Positions 18,110 to 28,004 are shown, counted from the stretch's first letter. The stretch is 46,784 bases of DNA from an uncultured Flavobacteriales bacterium (GCA_964009845.1 CAXGIQ010000001.1:1-46784); one strand, 5' to 3'. Notes: a model not told the origin generated them from the letters alone. Translations and numbers: made by a program.

Positions 18110-21100
18110 TTATTTTACAATAATTTGTTCGTAAAACATATTATCTTTTGTTGTGATTTGTAAGAAATAAACTCCTTTAGCATACTCACCTAAAGCAACT
18201 GCTTTAGTATACTCACCAACGAAGTTTGTTCTATCATCAACAAATACTTGCTTACCAAAAGCATCAACAACCTTTATAGTCACATCTTGCAATTCTTCAG
18301 AAACAAAGTGAAGATTTACCTCATTGGTTGTTGGATTAGGATATACATTCATATCTACAATAACTCCTTCTATCCTAGCATTATTTAATGTAGAATAGTA
18401 ATATTTAGGCGTAAATCCTGAGTTTTCACCACCAGGACAAACTGTTAACACTTGCCATTCGTACTCAGTATCTGCTTCTAATCCTGTTTTAGCTATTGAT
18501 GTCTCAATAGTGTTTGTAAACACACCTGCACCACCCCAAGGGCCAAATTTAACTTGATGACGAACTCGATAGTAAGAAACACCTGGAACAGGATCCCAAC
18601 TAATTACAGATGAATTTTCAGTAATATCCGAAACATTCATGTTTGACACTTGAACACAACCTGCCGTTGTAGAAAAAGTAGATGAAACCCAATTAGATTC
18701 AGTAGAAACACAGTTAGCGCTTATCTCCCATTCATAGTCAGTATCAATTGTCAATCCATAAATCGTACGAGAAGATCCACCGCTAGTAAGGTTAATCCAC
18801 TCAGAATCTCCAACAGCTCTAAACCTAATATTATAAAAACTTGCTCCTGCAGATGGCGTCCAATTTAGTGTCGCACGATCTGTAGCGATCTGATTTGCAT
18901 AAATATCTGTTGGAGCTGCACAACCTACTGTAGTAAAGGTTACTGTTGATGTCCAAGCTGATAAATTAGAGTTGTTACCGTCACATGAAGATTGTACCTC
19001 AAACTCATATGTAACATCCGAATCTAAGTTATAAATTGTTCTAACATTAGATGGTAAATAGGTTAAGGTCAACCAATCATCAGAACCTGATTCACGGAAC
19101 CTTAAGTTATAGTGGTTAGCTCCAGGCACAACATCCCATACCAAAGTAGCTCTATCTATTAAAATATTAGTAGCAGCCGGGTTTGCTGGTGTAGCACATT
19201 GTGCAATTGTAGTAAAAGATTCACCTGCAACAAATGAAGAATTATTACTATCATCTGCTTGACATGATGCCATCACCTGCCATACATATGTTGTATTATC
19301 TGAAAGTCCAGATAGCTGAACATAAGAGTTTGAAGTTACTAACTCTGTCCAGTTTTGACCACCATCTGAACTATACTGTAATGTGTAGAGTTCTGCTAAG
19401 TAGTAGTTATTCCAGCTTAATATTGCTGTAGAAGTACCTACAGTTCCTACATTTAAGGCAGAAAGATCTTGACATACTGGCCAAGTTGTAAAGTACTTCT
19501 GTGCTGCCCAAGATGAACCATGGTTCACTTCAGCACTACACATTGTTCTTACTGTCCAGTTGTAACCAGTACCAGCATCCAAACCTGTAATTTCTAAAGA
19601 TGTTTCTGTTGTGTTAATTGTTATCCAAGGACCACTAGCTCTGTACTTGAACACATATCCTTCTGCACCATCCACAGCATTCCAAGAAACTGTTGCTGTA
19701 GTGAGCGCTAAATTAGATATTGTTAAATTATCTGGTGTTAAACACGGTCCTAATGTAGTTACAGATGCAACTGTACTCCACTCAGAATATGCTCCACTTC
19801 CACAAGATGATCTAACTTGGTAGTCGTAATTAGTTGATTCAGAAAGACCATACACCGTTCTAGATGTTCCACTAATACTACCTATAGTAGTCCAATCGTT
19901 AGCTCCAGATAAACTAATTCTTAAATCGTAAGTGTTTGCAGCACCCACAGCATCCCAAGTAAAAGTAGCTCTATCTGTTAACACATTTGTTGAAGAAAGG
20001 TTTGTTGGCGTATCACAACCAACAGTTGTTGCTTCTTGAGTTGAAGACCAAGCAGATACATTATCATTTACAGCATCACATGATGAACGAACTTCCCACT
20101 CATATGTAACACCTGCATCTAGGTTGTAAATAGTTCTTGATAATCCAGAAACATAATTCATCGTTGTCCATTCTGCAGCTCCTTGTTCTCTGAATCTTAA
20201 GCCATAGTGATTAGCTCCTGAAACAGCACTCCAATTTACAGTCAATCTGTCAGTCTGAATATCTGAAGCTGATAAATCTGCTGGAACAGCACATGGTGTT
20301 AGTGTTGTAAAGGAAGCTCCTGAAACAGAGGATGAATTATTACTATCATCTGACTGACATGAAGCTGTTACTTGCCATAAATAAGTTGTGCTACTAGCAA
20401 GAGCGTTAAGAGTAACTGAATTACCTGAAATAACTGAAGAAGTCCAATTCAATCCACCATCTGCGCTGTACTCAACAGTCACATGATCTGTTCCCCAAGC
20501 TGCATTCCAAGATAAAGAAGCAGATGTAGTAGAAACATTCGTCACTATTAGTGCAGTTGGATCAGAACATGTTGCCCAAGTACTAAATGTTGCTGTTGGA
20601 GTCCAAGAAGACATGTGTTGTACTGAAGCATCACACAATGTTCTAACTTGCCACACAAAGAAAGATCCAGAAGCTAAGCCGATAAGCTCAGCACTAGTCT
20701 CTGTTGTGTTGACTGTAATCCATGGACCTCCAGACTTATAGCGTAAAACATATCCATCACCCTCAACAGCTGTCCAGTTAACCGTTGCTGTTGTCATAGA
20801 AATTCCTGTTGTTTCTAATGTTGATGGGGTAGCACAAGGTCCTAAAGTATTGAACGATTCTGTAACAGTCCAACCTGACTCCGTACTCGAGTTTGGAGAA
20901 CAATCAGTTCTAACTCCATATTCATACGAAGTAGAAATTGTAAGTCCATATATAGTTCTTGAAGTAGACGAGATATTGTTGATAATAACCCATTCTTCAT
21001 CTCCTTGTTCTCTAATTCTAACATCATAAGAAGCTGCATAATCAACAGCATCCCAAACGATTGTTGCTCTATCAGTCATGATGTTTGCAACTGATGTAGA

Positions 21101-24100
21101 AGTTGTAATATCACATGTTACTGTTGTGAATAGTTGTGAAGCAGAGAATGCTGAATTATTGATATCATCATTTGCATCACACGCAGATTGTATCTGCCAC
21201 TCATAATCTGTTCCAGGAGAAAGGTTATAAATTGTTTTTGAAGTTAAGTTTCCTGCAATAACAATTTGGGCCCAATCTGCAGAGGAAGACTCCTTAAATC
21301 TCAAATTATAATGATCAACTCCATCAACTGCTTCCCAATTTAAAGTTGCTCTGTCTAAAAGAATATTAGAGGTTGTCAATCCTTCTACATCATCACAAGG
21401 GGTGAGTGTTGTGAATACTTCTCCGTTAACATTAGATGAATTATTGCTGTCATCAATTTGACAAGAAGCGGTAAGAGTCCAAGCATATGACATGCCTGGA
21501 TTTAAGCCAGTAATTGTAATAGTATTCTCTTCGGTTTGAATAGTTTCAGCACCAATTAAAACTAATTGTGAAACATCGCTGTTTAATGGTGTTTCATAAA
21601 AGTATATGGGACTATATTCTAAAGTTACATGGTCTGTTTGATAAGAAGAACTCCAAGATAAAGTCACAGATGTTGCAGAAATATTTGTTATGGATAACTG
21701 ATTTGGTTCTGAACATGGAGCCCAAGTAGTAAATGTTTGTGTAGCCGACCAAGCGGACATATGTTCTACAGAAGCATCACAAATCGTTCTTACTTGCCAA
21801 TTAAATGCAGTTGCAAAAGCCAAATCTGAAAGATCAAGTGATGTTTCTGTAACTTCTACATTTATCCAAGGGTTAGCCCCTGTCTTATAACGAACTTCAT
21901 ATCCTTCAGCACCAGCAACACCGTCCCAAGATAATGTTGCTCCGTCTAAATCTACATTAGAAGAGGCAATATTGTTAGGAGTGAAACAAGGGCTTAGGGT
22001 TGTAAACGAAATAGAAGACCATTCAGACACATTTTCATTACCGGCGTCATAAGATGTCCTTACCTCAACTTCATATTCAGTTGAAGCAGATAATCCATAA
22101 ATAGTACGAGATGTTGTAACAATATTTGTAATATTATTCCATTCTGCAGCACCAAGAACTTTTATTCTTAAATCATAATGATGAGCATTATCAACAGCAC
22201 TCCATGTTACTGTTGCTCTGTCTAGCATAATGTTAATCACATCAAGATCTGAAACACCTTCTGTTGGTAATGTAGTGAACGAAACCACTTCTGTAAAAGG
22301 TGAAACATTTTCATTGGAAGCATCACAAGAAGATTGTACTCTCCACTCATAAGTCACATCTGGACTTAAGAAGTAAATAATCTTAGATGTTACATTTCCA
22401 GGCACATAAATCTCAACCCACTCATCTGTTCCTGATTCTCTAGTTTGTAGATTATAGTGATCAGCACTTGCTACAGCATCCCAAGAAACAGTTGCTCTGT
22501 CAATTAAAATGTTTGTTGTAGTTGTGTTTTGTGGAATTACACATGGTGTTAGTGTAGTAAAGGAAACACCTGCAACTACATCAGAATTATTATCATTAGT
22601 TGACGTACAAGATGTCATTAACTGCCATTGGTAAGTAGTAGAATTATCTAAATCTGAAAGTTCAACCGAAGTAGAACTTGTTACGATTTCTGTCCAGTTT
22701 TGTCCGTCTGTACTATAGCTCAAAGTATAATGATCTGCAGCAAAGTTCCCTACCCAGCTTAGTGTCGCTGAATTAGTTGTAACATTAGTCACTGTTAAGC
22801 CTATTGGGTTAGCACATGGACTTAATGTTGTGAATGTCTGTGTAGAAGTCCATGCTGAATGGTGTTCTACAGAGGCATCACACATTACTTTTACTTGCCA
22901 TTGATATGTTGTATTACTTACCAATTCATTGAACGACATTGATGTTTCAGCTGTTTCAAAAACAGTCCATTCAGCTTGGTTAGATGCTTTGAATCTAACG
23001 AAGTATGAATCTGCTCCTGCATCTGCCTCCCAACTAATAGATGCGCTGTTCAACAGAACATCCGAAGACTGCATATTAAACGCAGTAGCACAAGGATCTA
23101 ATGTTGATACAGTATATAAATCGCCCCAATCTGATTGAAAGTCATTATCACAAGTAGTTGACAATTGATATTCATAAACAGTAGATGCTGATAAACCATA
23201 AAGCGTTCTAGTTGTAGTAAAAATATTTGACACATTTATCCATTCTGCAGCACCTTGTACTCTAACTCTCAAGTCATAATTTGCAGCATTGGAAATAGCT
23301 TCCCAATTAAGAGTGAATCTATCCATCATGATGTCTGTCTCATCTAAAACATTTGGAGCAGAACAAGGACACCATACATTGGTTGAAGAATATACATTTG
23401 CTGAAGGACCTACTTCAGCATTTACGGTTGCATAAAATTCCAACACACCTTCATCTGGATTTACAAAAATATTATTAAATACAACTGTTGATGTATTCCC
23501 TGCTGTTGTATTATTACCATCTGCATAAGAAGCATTACCAAAAATTGAAACGCCAGACAATTCATTCGCTATTGTAAACGAACCCATTGTTGCTCCATCT
23601 TCAGTGTTAACTGCTGTTACAACAGCTTCCTCTCCAAACACAGAACTTACAATTAAATCTGCATCAAAGCTTAAATCGCCACCAGCAGCATCTACACTAG
23701 CAGAACCAATATTAACTCCTTGAAAAATAGTAGAAAAATCAAATGACCCTCCGTTTGAAGTAAACAAACTAGTAGACATATCTGGTTCATTCGCATCTTG
23801 AGATACAGTTATTGTTAAAGAAGATGACTCATTACAGTCAGTATTCGTTAAAGAAACTGCCATTGAAGGAGATAAATCTATACATGGCTCAACATCTGTA
23901 TTACCTCCTGAACAATTTCCACAATCATCTATAGAAGCCGAACCTCCAAAATCACCATTACAATCTGTAGCAGCAATTTCCGCCTCAATCTCTTGCACAT
24001 CTATATCTTCTAACTCAGATGTAATAGTAGTCACAAAAGAAACTGGCTCATCAGGATTTAAAAACAATCCATTTATAGTTACATTAGTAGAGTTCCCTGA

Positions 24101-24601
24101 TGTTGTATTGTTTCCATCAGCAGGTGAAAGCACTAAAATTTTAGTTCCCGTATCAATATTTTCTAAAACAAATGTTCCAATAACACTTCCATCCTCATCA
24201 TTAACAGCTTTAGCGTATGTTTTGTTAGAACTTACAGCGAAATCAACAAGGATTGAAAACGTTCCTTGGTGATATCCGCCACCTGCAGTAGCTTCACCAG
24301 ATCCAATCACATCATTTGTGACTAAATCTCCTAAAATAAAAGTCCCTCCAACAGTATTAACTAAACTTGACGCCATATCTGCCTCTCCAGCATCTTGGCT
24401 AATTGAAAATGTAAGATCGGCCATTTCTCCTGCTTCATAAGTAGAAAGAGAAACGCTAACCTCTGGACTAAACTCTGTAGTTTGAGCTTTTAACCCAACA
24501 CACATAAAGAGCATTAACAGAAACGAGGTTAAAACCATAATCGGCTTTAACTTAATTTCCGGCATAAAGGATCCTAAAAGATAACCGTAAATCTTCTTCA
24601 T
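18110..24601 (-). CDS. giant cell-surface protein: signal peptide, duplicated N-terminal module, 18 fibronectin type III domains, T9SS type-A C-terminal sorting domain
   Basis: 2163 aa. N-terminal hydrophobic signal ending ...GLKAQ. Repeated ~90-aa units follow the pattern W-x-Y-x(n)-Y-x-(W/Y)-x-V-x(3)-C-x(n)-W-x(n)-FTT-x(2)-C. The C-terminus is NVYPNPTTNEVNLHF...GVYFLQITTKDNMFYEQIIVK. Confidence 0.9.
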   Translation of the reverse strand: MKKIYGYLLGSFMPEIKLKPIMVLTSFLLMLFMCVGLKAQTTEFSPEVSVSLSTYEAGEMADLTFSISQDAGEADMASSLVNTVGGTFILGDLVTNDVIGSGEATAGGGYHQGTFSILVDFAVSSNKTYAKAVNDEDGSVIGTFVLENIDTGTKILVLSPADGNNTTSGNSTNVTINGLFLNPDEPVSFVTTITSELEDIDVQEIEAEIAATDCNGDFGGSASIDDCGNCSGGNTDVEPCIDLSPSMAVSLTNTDCNESSSLTITVSQDANEPDMSTSLFTSNGGSFDFSTIFQGVNIGSASVDAAGGDLSFDADLIVSSVFGEEAVVTAVNTEDGATMGSFTIANELSGVSIFGNASYADGNNTTAGNTSTVVFNNIFVNPDEGVLEFYATVNAEVGPSANVYSSTNVWCPCSAPNVLDETDIMMDRFTLNWEAISNAANYDLRVRVQGAAEWINVSNIFTTTRTLYGLSASTVYEYQLSTTCDNDFQSDWGDLYTVSTLDPCATAFNMQSSDVLLNSASISWEADAGADSYFVRFKASNQAEWTVFETAETSMSFNELVSNTTYQWQVKVMCDASVEHHSAWTSTQTFTTLSPCANPIGLTVTNVTTNSATLSWVGNFAADHYTLSYSTDGQNWTEIVTSSTSVELSDLDNSTTYQWQLMTSCTSTNDNNSDVVAGVSFTTLTPCVIPQNTTTTNILIDRATVSWDAVASADHYNLQTRESGTDEWVEIYVPGNVTSKIIYFLSPDVTYEWRVQSSCDASNENVSPFTEVVSFTTLPTEGVSDLDVINIMLDRATVTWSAVDNAHHYDLRIKVLGAAEWNNITNIVTTSRTIYGLSASTEYEVEVRTSYDAGNENVSEWSSISFTTLSPCFTPNNIASSNVDLDGATLSWDGVAGAEGYEVRYKTGANPWINVEVTETSLDLSDLAFATAFNWQVRTICDASVEHMSAWSATQTFTTWAPCSEPNQLSITNISATSVTLSWSSSYQTDHVTLEYSPIYFYETPLNSDVSQLVLIGAETIQTEENTITITGLNPGMSYAWTLTASCQIDDSNNSSNVNGEVFTTLTPCDDVEGLTTSNILLDRATLNWEAVDGVDHYNLRFKESSSADWAQIVIAGNLTSKTIYNLSPGTDYEWQIQSACDANDDINNSAFSASQLFTTVTCDITTSTSVANIMTDRATIVWDAVDYAASYDVRIREQGDEEWVIINNISSTSRTIYGLTISTSYEYGVRTDCSPNSSTESGWTVTESFNTLGPCATPSTLETTGISMTTATVNWTAVEGDGYVLRYKSGGPWITVNTTETSAELIGLASGSFFVWQVRTLCDASVQHMSSWTPTATFSTWATCSDPTALIVTNVSTTSASLSWNAAWGTDHVTVEYSADGGLNWTSSVISGNSVTLNALASSTTYLWQVTASCQSDDSNNSSSVSGASFTTLTPCAVPADLSASDIQTDRLTVNWSAVSGANHYGLRFREQGAAEWTTMNYVSGLSRTIYNLDAGVTYEWEVRSSCDAVNDNVSAWSSTQEATTVGCDTPTNLSSTNVLTDRATFTWDAVGAANTYDLRISLSGANDWTTIGSISGTSRTVYGLSESTNYDYQVRSSCGSGAYSEWSTVASVTTLGPCLTPDNLTISNLALTTATVSWNAVDGAEGYVFKYRASGPWITINTTETSLEITGLDAGTGYNWTVRTMCSAEVNHGSSWAAQKYFTTWPVCQDLSALNVGTVGTSTAILSWNNYYLAELYTLQYSSDGGQNWTELVTSNSYVQLSGLSDNTTYVWQVMASCQADDSNNSSFVAGESFTTIAQCATPANPAATNILIDRATLVWDVVPGANHYNLRFRESGSDDWLTLTYLPSNVRTIYNLDSDVTYEFEVQSSCDGNNSNLSAWTSTVTFTTVGCAAPTDIYANQIATDRATLNWTPSAGASFYNIRFRAVGDSEWINLTSGGSSRTIYGLTIDTDYEWEISANCVSTESNWVSSTFSTTAGCVQVSNMNVSDITENSSVISWDPVPGVSYYRVRHQVKFGPWGGAGVFTNTIETSIAKTGLEADTEYEWQVLTVCPGGENSGFTPKYYYSTLNNARIEGVIVDMNVYPNPTTNEVNLHFVSEELQDVTIKVVDAFGKQVFVDDRTNFVGEYTKAVALGEYAKGVYFLQITTKDNMFYEQIIVK
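18113..18349 (-). other. T9SS type-A C-terminal sorting domain of the Fn3 giant
   Basis: 79 C-terminal residues with the YPNPT...(V/I)x(V/I)...GxYxxxI pattern typical of Por secretion tails. Confidence 0.8.
18386..23362 (-). repeat. array of 18 Fn3 domains (protein-level tandem repeat, four-domain supra-repeat of ~365-382 aa)
   Basis: Residues ~414-2072. Domain classes recur in the order A1(HYNLRF)-A2(YDLRI)-B(EGY..RYK)-C(DH.T.EYS). A1 domains begin at residues ~688, 1070, 1438 and 1803. Confidence 0.8.
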
Positions 24602-24750
24602 AGTACCTGATTTTTTATTAAAAATATTGTCTATTTACTCGAATTAAAATCGAGAATCAACAAAATTACAATAAATAATTCAAATTTCAAATACTACTAA
24701 CTGAACAATAGGATGTTACAAATTTACATTTACGAAAAAGTATGCTCTAT

Positions 24751-24777
24751 AAAAAAGCCCAGCAAAATTGCTGAGCT
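24751..24777 (-). terminator. rho-independent terminator after tRNA-Gln
   Basis: The minus strand reads AGCTCAGCA-attt-TGCTGGGCT (9 bp including one G-U) followed by T6. It starts 5 nt after the tRNA 3' end. Confidence 0.7.
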
Positions 24778-24782
24778 TTCTG

Positions 24783-24855
24783 TTGTCCGACTAGGGCTCG
24801 AACCTAGACTCTTCTGGACCAAAACCAGACGTGTTGCCAGTTACACCATCGGACA
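24783..24855 (-). tRNA. tRNA-Gln (anticodon UUG)
   Basis: Manual cloverleaf. Acceptor stem TGTCCGA/TCGGACA (U1-A72) and U8. D stem GTGT/ACAC with a GG loop. Anticodon stem TCTGG/CCAGA with loop TT-TTG-GT. 5-nt variable loop. T stem CTAGG/CCTAG with loop TTCGAGC. CCA is not encoded. Confidence 0.9.
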
Positions 24856-24864
24856 ATGGGTGCG

Positions 24865-24872
24865 CAAAAGTA
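24865..24872 (-). promoter_or_regulatory. candidate -7 box (TACTTTTG) for tRNA-Gln
   Basis: On the minus strand TACTTTTG ends 9 nt before tRNA position 1. A TTTG lies 23 nt further upstream, slightly longer than the canonical spacing. Confidence 0.4.
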
Positions 24873-24995
24873 ATAATTCTAATAAATATATAAAACAAAC
24901 TTTCAGAAATAATTTCTTCTGTTCCACTTCGTTAAGCGCTTAAAGTTATAATCAGATATTTTACTAAATTCGCCATCAGGTAAATTATATACAAA

Positions 24996-27992
24996 ATGGA
25001 TTTTAAAAGACTGAATAATATTGTTGGATGGATCGCTTTTACTATTGCAATAGTCGCTTACTACTTTACCCTAGAACCTACCGTAAGTTTTTGGGATTGC
25101 GGGGAATACATCAGCACCGCATACAAACTAGAAGTGGGACACCCCCCTGGGGCACCGCTTTTCCAATTGATAGGAAGGTTTTTTAGCTTATTCGCAGCAG
25201 ACGTAAGCCAAGTAGCTTTCATGATTAACTTTATGTCAGCATTATGTAGCGCATTCACCATTTTATTTCTGTTTTGGACAATCACAGCATTCGGCAAAAA
25301 GATTGCTCTTAAGTCTGGCGAACTAACTCAATCAAAAATTATTGTTGTTTTAGGCAGTGGATTAGTTGGTGCTTTAGCATATACTTTTTCAGATTCATTT
25401 TGGTTTTCTGCTGTAGAAGGAGAAGTCTATGCAATGTCTTCCTTATTTACTGCGCTTACATTCTGGTCAATACTAAAGTGGGAAGCCGAAGCCGAAAGCA
25501 AATATGCAAGCAGATGGATTATTTTTATTGCTTACTTACTAGGTCTTTCTGTTGGAGTGCACTTACTTAATTTACTAGCGATTCCAGCCGTAGTATTCAT
25601 TTACTATTTTAAAAACTACGAATTCAGTAAAGAAGGATTCATTAAAACCTTTTTGCTTGCTGTACTACTAACTGGAGGAATTCAAGCGATTATTATTCCT
25701 GGAATTGTAAGCTTAGCAGGAAAGTTTGAACTTTTCTTTGTTAACACAATTGGCCTGCCATTCCATTTTGGAACCATCATTTATTTTACTTTAATGATTG
25801 CAGGAATTGTTTTTGGACTAAACTACTGCAAGAAAAACAACAAACATGTTTGGGCAACAGCTATCATGTCGTTTACAGTTCTATTAATAGGTTATTCGAC
25901 ATTTTTTGCATTAGTTATTCGTTCCAACGCAAATACACCTATTGATGAGAACAACCCTGAAGAAGCAGTAAGTTTATTAGCTTATCTTAATAGAGAACAA
26001 TATGGTGATTGGCCAATACTACACGGTCAATATTACAATGCTCAAGTTGTTGATTTTGAAAACGGAAACCCTGTTTATAAAAAAGATGAAAAATCAGGTA
26101 AATATGTTATTACTGACAATCGTAAAAAATCTAAATATGTGTATGATGAAAAATTTACAGGGCTACTTCCTAGAATGTGGAGCGCACAAGGACATCATGC
26201 AAAAGAGTATAAAAAATGGAGCGGGCAGAAAAATGCAAAAAGAGCGCCAACCTTTGCCGAAAACATCAAATACCTTTTCAGTTATCAGATAGGTCATATG
26301 TATCTACGCTACTTCATGTGGAATTTTGCAGGAAGGCAAAACGATATACAAGGACACGGAGAAATCAATAAAGGTAACTGGTTAAGTGGAATTCCATTTA
26401 TTGACAATGCTCGATTAGGTCCGCAAGATAACCTGCCATCTACTATGGCTAACAACAAAGGAAGAAACACCTATTACTTACTACCATTGTTACTTGGCTT
26501 ATTAGGAATGTTATTTCATTTTAATAAAAACAATAAAGATGCATTTGTAGTATTGTTATTATTCCTATTTACTGGACTAGCCATTGTAGTCTACCTAAAT
26601 CAATATCCCCTTCAACCAAGGGAGCGAGATTATGCTTATGTAGGCTCTTTTTATGCCTTTGCTATTTGGATTGGAATTGGCGTTATGGCTGTGTTTGATT
26701 TCATAGGAAAATATGCGCCCAAAAACATCAGTGCATTTGGAGCTACAGCCTTATGTTTGTTACTGGTCCCTACCATTATGGCAAAAGAAAATTGGGACGA
26801 CCACGACCGTTCAAATCGTTATACTGCAAGAGATGTAGCAGCAAACTATTTAAATTCTTGCGCACCCAATGCCATTATTTTCACAAATGGAGACAATGAT
26901 ACATTCCCTCTTTGGTACGCCCAAGAGGTAGAGGGTATAAGAACAGATATTAGGGTAGTCAACTTAAGCTTGTTTAATACCGATTGGTACATTGACCAAA
27001 TGAAAAGAGCTGCTTATGATGCAGCCCCTATTCCAAGCTCTTTAGATTGGGATAAATACAAACAAGGAACCAGAGATTATCTGCCTATTTATGATAGAGA
27101 TTTAGGACATGTGGAACTGAGTGATGTTATCTCATTTATTGCAGATGATCGCCAAAACACTAAAATCCCTACTAGCAGAGGTAAATCAGATTATTGCCCT
27201 ACTAATAAAGTAAAACTGACAGTGGACAAGGAAAAAGTACTCGCTTTAGGAATTGTAGATTCTTCAGAAGCTCACAACATAGTAGAGGAGGTGAAATGGA
27301 AAATCAAAGGACAAGGATTTGCTAAAAACCAGTTAATGGTCCTAGATATTTTAGCCAACTTTGCTTGGGAACGACCTATCTATTTTGCTATTACAGTAGG
27401 AAATGACAACTTCATGGGGTTAGAGAACTACTTCCAGTTAGAAGGTTTAGCGTATCGATTTGTACCTATTAAAACAAAAAGTATTGACGGACAAACAGGA
27501 ATTGTTGCAACCGATGAGATGTATGACAACCTGATTAACAAGTTCAAATGGGGCAATATGGGAGACCCAAGCGTATACTTGGATGAAACCAACATGCGTA
27601 TGACTATGAACTTCCGAAACAATTTTGCTCGACTTGCGGATGCTCTTATCATAGAAGGGCAGTTTGAAAAAGCTGAAAATGTATTAGACAGATGTATCGA
27701 AGTAATGCCAAACGAAGCTATTCCATACAACTATTTCAATCTCCCTATTGCAGACGCATATTACCGCATCAATAAAAAGGAGAAAGGAAATGAAATAGTA
27801 ATGGCTTTAGCAGAAAATTATTTTGATGAATTAGAATATTACAATTCGGTTGAACAGAAAACACTAAGCAGCATGCAAAGGGAATATGGAATGGCCGGAG
27901 AAATAGTGAATAACCTATATCGTTTAAGTCAAAACTATCAAGACTCAACAGCAGTTAATTATCTTAACGAAAGAGCTGCGCTTATTCAATAA
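24996..27992 (+). CDS. DUF2723 (TMEM260-like, GT-C-fold glycosyltransferase-like) polytopic membrane protein
   Basis: 998 aa. The N-terminus TLEPTVSFWDCGEYISTAYKLEVGHPPGAPLF is characteristic of DUF2723. Multiple TM helices are followed by a large C-terminal soluble, helical-repeat-like region. Confidence 0.8.
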   Translation: MDFKRLNNIVGWIAFTIAIVAYYFTLEPTVSFWDCGEYISTAYKLEVGHPPGAPLFQLIGRFFSLFAADVSQVAFMINFMSALCSAFTILFLFWTITAFGKKIALKSGELTQSKIIVVLGSGLVGALAYTFSDSFWFSAVEGEVYAMSSLFTALTFWSILKWEAEAESKYASRWIIFIAYLLGLSVGVHLLNLLAIPAVVFIYYFKNYEFSKEGFIKTFLLAVLLTGGIQAIIIPGIVSLAGKFELFFVNTIGLPFHFGTIIYFTLMIAGIVFGLNYCKKNNKHVWATAIMSFTVLLIGYSTFFALVIRSNANTPIDENNPEEAVSLLAYLNREQYGDWPILHGQYYNAQVVDFENGNPVYKKDEKSGKYVITDNRKKSKYVYDEKFTGLLPRMWSAQGHHAKEYKKWSGQKNAKRAPTFAENIKYLFSYQIGHMYLRYFMWNFAGRQNDIQGHGEINKGNWLSGIPFIDNARLGPQDNLPSTMANNKGRNTYYLLPLLLGLLGMLFHFNKNNKDAFVVLLLFLFTGLAIVVYLNQYPLQPRERDYAYVGSFYAFAIWIGIGVMAVFDFIGKYAPKNISAFGATALCLLLVPTIMAKENWDDHDRSNRYTARDVAANYLNSCAPNAIIFTNGDNDTFPLWYAQEVEGIRTDIRVVNLSLFNTDWYIDQMKRAAYDAAPIPSSLDWDKYKQGTRDYLPIYDRDLGHVELSDVISFIADDRQNTKIPTSRGKSDYCPTNKVKLTVDKEKVLALGIVDSSEAHNIVEEVKWKIKGQGFAKNQLMVLDILANFAWERPIYFAITVGNDNFMGLENYFQLEGLAYRFVPIKTKSIDGQTGIVATDEMYDNLINKFKWGNMGDPSVYLDETNMRMTMNFRNNFARLADALIIEGQFEKAENVLDRCIEVMPNEAIPYNYFNLPIADAYYRINKKEKGNEIVMALAENYFDELEYYNSVEQKTLSSMQREYGMAGEIVNNLYRLSQNYQDSTAVNYLNERAALIQ

Positions 27993-28004
27993 ATCAATAA
28001 AGAG

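Noticed and set aside
17963-18163. 66-aa plus-strand ORF across the rimP / Fn3-gene spacer.
   Set aside because: It overlaps the rimP start, the terminator hairpin, the consensus promoter and the end of the 2163-aa gene. There is no independent support.
18386-23362. Whether the Fn3 array is a DNA-level hypervariable tandem repeat or a phase-variation locus.
   Set aside because: Repeat units are diverged at the protein level (same class roughly half identical by eye), so long identical DNA tracts are unlikely. I saw no homopolymer or short-unit microsatellite near the start codon. A computed dot-plot would be needed to exclude shorter identical segments.
24713-24943. 76-aa plus-strand ORF.
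   Set aside because: It runs antisense straight through the tRNA-Gln gene, its terminator and its promoter. The tRNA cloverleaf explains the sequence.
24602-24995. tRNA-Gln as the attachment site of a genomic island containing the Fn3 giant.
   Set aside because: No integrase is nearby, and I could not find a repeat of the tRNA 3' half near the other end of the giant gene (around 17990-18110). The hypothesis has no support from this window alone.
26002-27730. Nested ORFs 26002..26292 (+) and 27428..27730 (-) inside the DUF2723 gene. Also the ORFs nested within the Fn3, adhesin, metG, ldcA, rluB and AsmA-like genes.
   Set aside because: These are alternative-frame or antisense ORFs within well-supported long genes. 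Their sequences lack recognisable domains.
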